In this document: positions 62,370-64,000 of the stretch, piece by piece
How the letters are laid out: each line of letters opens with the position of its first letter
How positions within the stretch are numbered: the first letter of the stretch is position 1
DNA from: Isurus oxyrinchus
Lineage: Eukaryota
Reading direction: 5' to 3'
DNA: 64,000 bases
Assembly (NCBI GenBank): GCA_026770705.1
Contig: JANJGN010000009.1
Coordinates: forward strand, 164,362,001 to 164,426,000
Notes under the pieces: generated by a model
What the model was told of the DNA's origin: nothing
What the model saw: only the letters and a program-made list of their open reading frames with translations
The model's database searches: none
Made by a program: the position numbers and the translations under genes

Positions 62370-62850
62370 CTCCTCTGCAGGACGTTCGCACTGACCACCG
62401 CCGCCACCCGCCTCCCAAAGCCGGGTTGGTGACTTGGCTGCCCACCGTGCGGTCAGAGTTGGGGGAACGGCATATCCCAGCGGGCCTCCACAGCATCCAG
62501 CAGTCGCTCGAGGGACCTGTCGTTGAAGCGGGGGCAGGGGTGGGGGTGGGGGTGGGGGGGGTGGGGGTTGGTGGGGGGGGTTGGGGGGGTGGGGGGTGGG
62601 GCTGCAGTCCTTTTTCCTTTGCTGGCCATGTCTCCCGGGCGTCTTGCTAGCAGCTGCCTTTCAAAGACAGCAGCCAACGTGATGCAACAGCGGGGCAGAC
62701 AAATGAGAGCCCGCTCGCCATGGAAACAGCGTGAATAAATAATGAGGCAGGCTCAGGATGAAAGAGCGTGAAAACCCGGCATCTTTGTCAGCGGGTAGGA
62801 CTCCATTTTATCCGCCCGCTACTGCACTTAGACCCAATAGACCTGCCCTG
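62370..62850 (-). mobile_element. Harbinger Myb/SANT-like gene 5' fragment
   Basis: MASKGKRTAAP...PRFNDRSLERLLDAVEAR, typical of the start of Harbinger Myb-like DNA-binding proteins; GC-rich. Confidence 0.6.
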
Positions 62851-64000
62851 TGATTTACAGCCAGCAAGCTCGTTTTGGGGCTTTCTTCATAAGATTTCTC
62901 TAAAATTGAATAAATTCCTTAAGATTTTGTAAGGATTTCTTACAACACAGCATTTCCCATTGCTATCATTCATGAAAGGAGCACCAGTTTTCCTGTCATC
63001 TCTACCTCAGATGTGCCTATACAGGGTAGGCCCACAGCCTGGCTCTGGCTGTTTTCTGGTTCCTGCAAAGTCCCTGGAGGAGGGAGTTGGTATTTTAGCA
63101 GCTCAATTATTGGTTACGTTAAATATTAGTGCAACAGGTTTAAAGGGACACTGCAATGTCAAATATCGTGTCCACACCAAAATTTACTCAGTGTCCATCC
63201 AAAGCAGAGGATGCATGAATAATATTCGAATAAGCAAGTATGTAAGATATTTTGATGTCAGCATTTTACAATGTGCACTTTAACAGCATTTTGTTACCAG
63301 CGGGAGGATGCCAGAGTGTTGCTATAGTTCCTAACGCTCACTCACAGAGAAATATTGGCGACAGGACAACTGCCTGTGCTCTTTTACAATGAAATCCAGT
63401 GCGAATGAATTTTCACGAGCACCATCTCGATCATATCAGTGCAAACTAATTATCTGATGGGATAGCTTTAGATTCAACATTGCCATGTGGTAAGGTTCAA
63501 TGAATAGGGTTATCAGCAAAAACAAGAGTGCACAAAATTGGAGGTAGCCTTTTGACTCTGGCTGAGAATTGATTAGGGGACAGAGGACAGAGAGTGGGGG
63601 ACACAGTATAGTTACTAAGATTGGCAGCATGTGTCAAGCGATGTCCACCAGTGACCTGTGCTGCAGCCACAACTTTAACAATTCATTATTAATTACTATT
63701 AATGTCTCGAATGAAAAGACAGGGATTGGTATAATCAAATTCCTGAATGCCAGAAAGTTAGGAGTGAATTTTTGCTTTGATTATCTTGCATGGGCGATCT
63801 GAGCTCACAGCTGCACACGCGCAGTAACTTAAAGAGCCGGCTTCTGCGTGGGCCTGCGTGGAGACTTCCATGTTGCTGCTCAGCTGCACAGCCTGGAGAG
63901 AGCATTGGTAAATGGTGCAGATGGGAACAGAAGAGGCATAGATGGGTTGTTAGGGGGCAAAACCGTGGCGAATGAAATTCGATTTGGGCAAATGTGATCT

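Overview
Eukaryotic, repeat-rich genomic DNA, very probably from a shark or other elasmobranch (HE1-type SINE, HER1/CR1-type LINE tails, Deu-domain SINE, Penelope-derived palindromes). Most ORF-track entries are spurious or transposon-derived. Reading splice sites and phases reveals a tandem + strand cluster of CD300/pIgR-like (CMRF35-like) V-type Ig receptor genes. Gene A is the 3' half of an inhibitory receptor (stalk 3119-3164, TM 3522-3622, 7253-7308, ITIM/ITSM exon 9504-9695). Gene B can be reconstructed completely: a two-V-domain receptor of about 369 aa (15034-46217) with a neutral TM and no canonical ITIM. Gene C is represented only by two duplicated promoter/leader-exon cassettes (58909-58993, 61626-61710). 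Introns and spacers hold a two-LTR Gypsy element nested in a long-TIR foldback element, and a nested LTR complex that includes a Gypsy derivative whose RT is replaced by an in-frame coiled-coil ORF. They also hold PIF/Harbinger transposase and Myb fragments with MITEs (3-bp TSDs), a Vingi-like LINE, CR1/L2 fragments and Penelope-like repeats carrying minimal hammerhead ribozyme motifs. Family names come from motif recognition only; no database search was run, and repeat boundaries are approximate unless a TSD or terminus is quoted.
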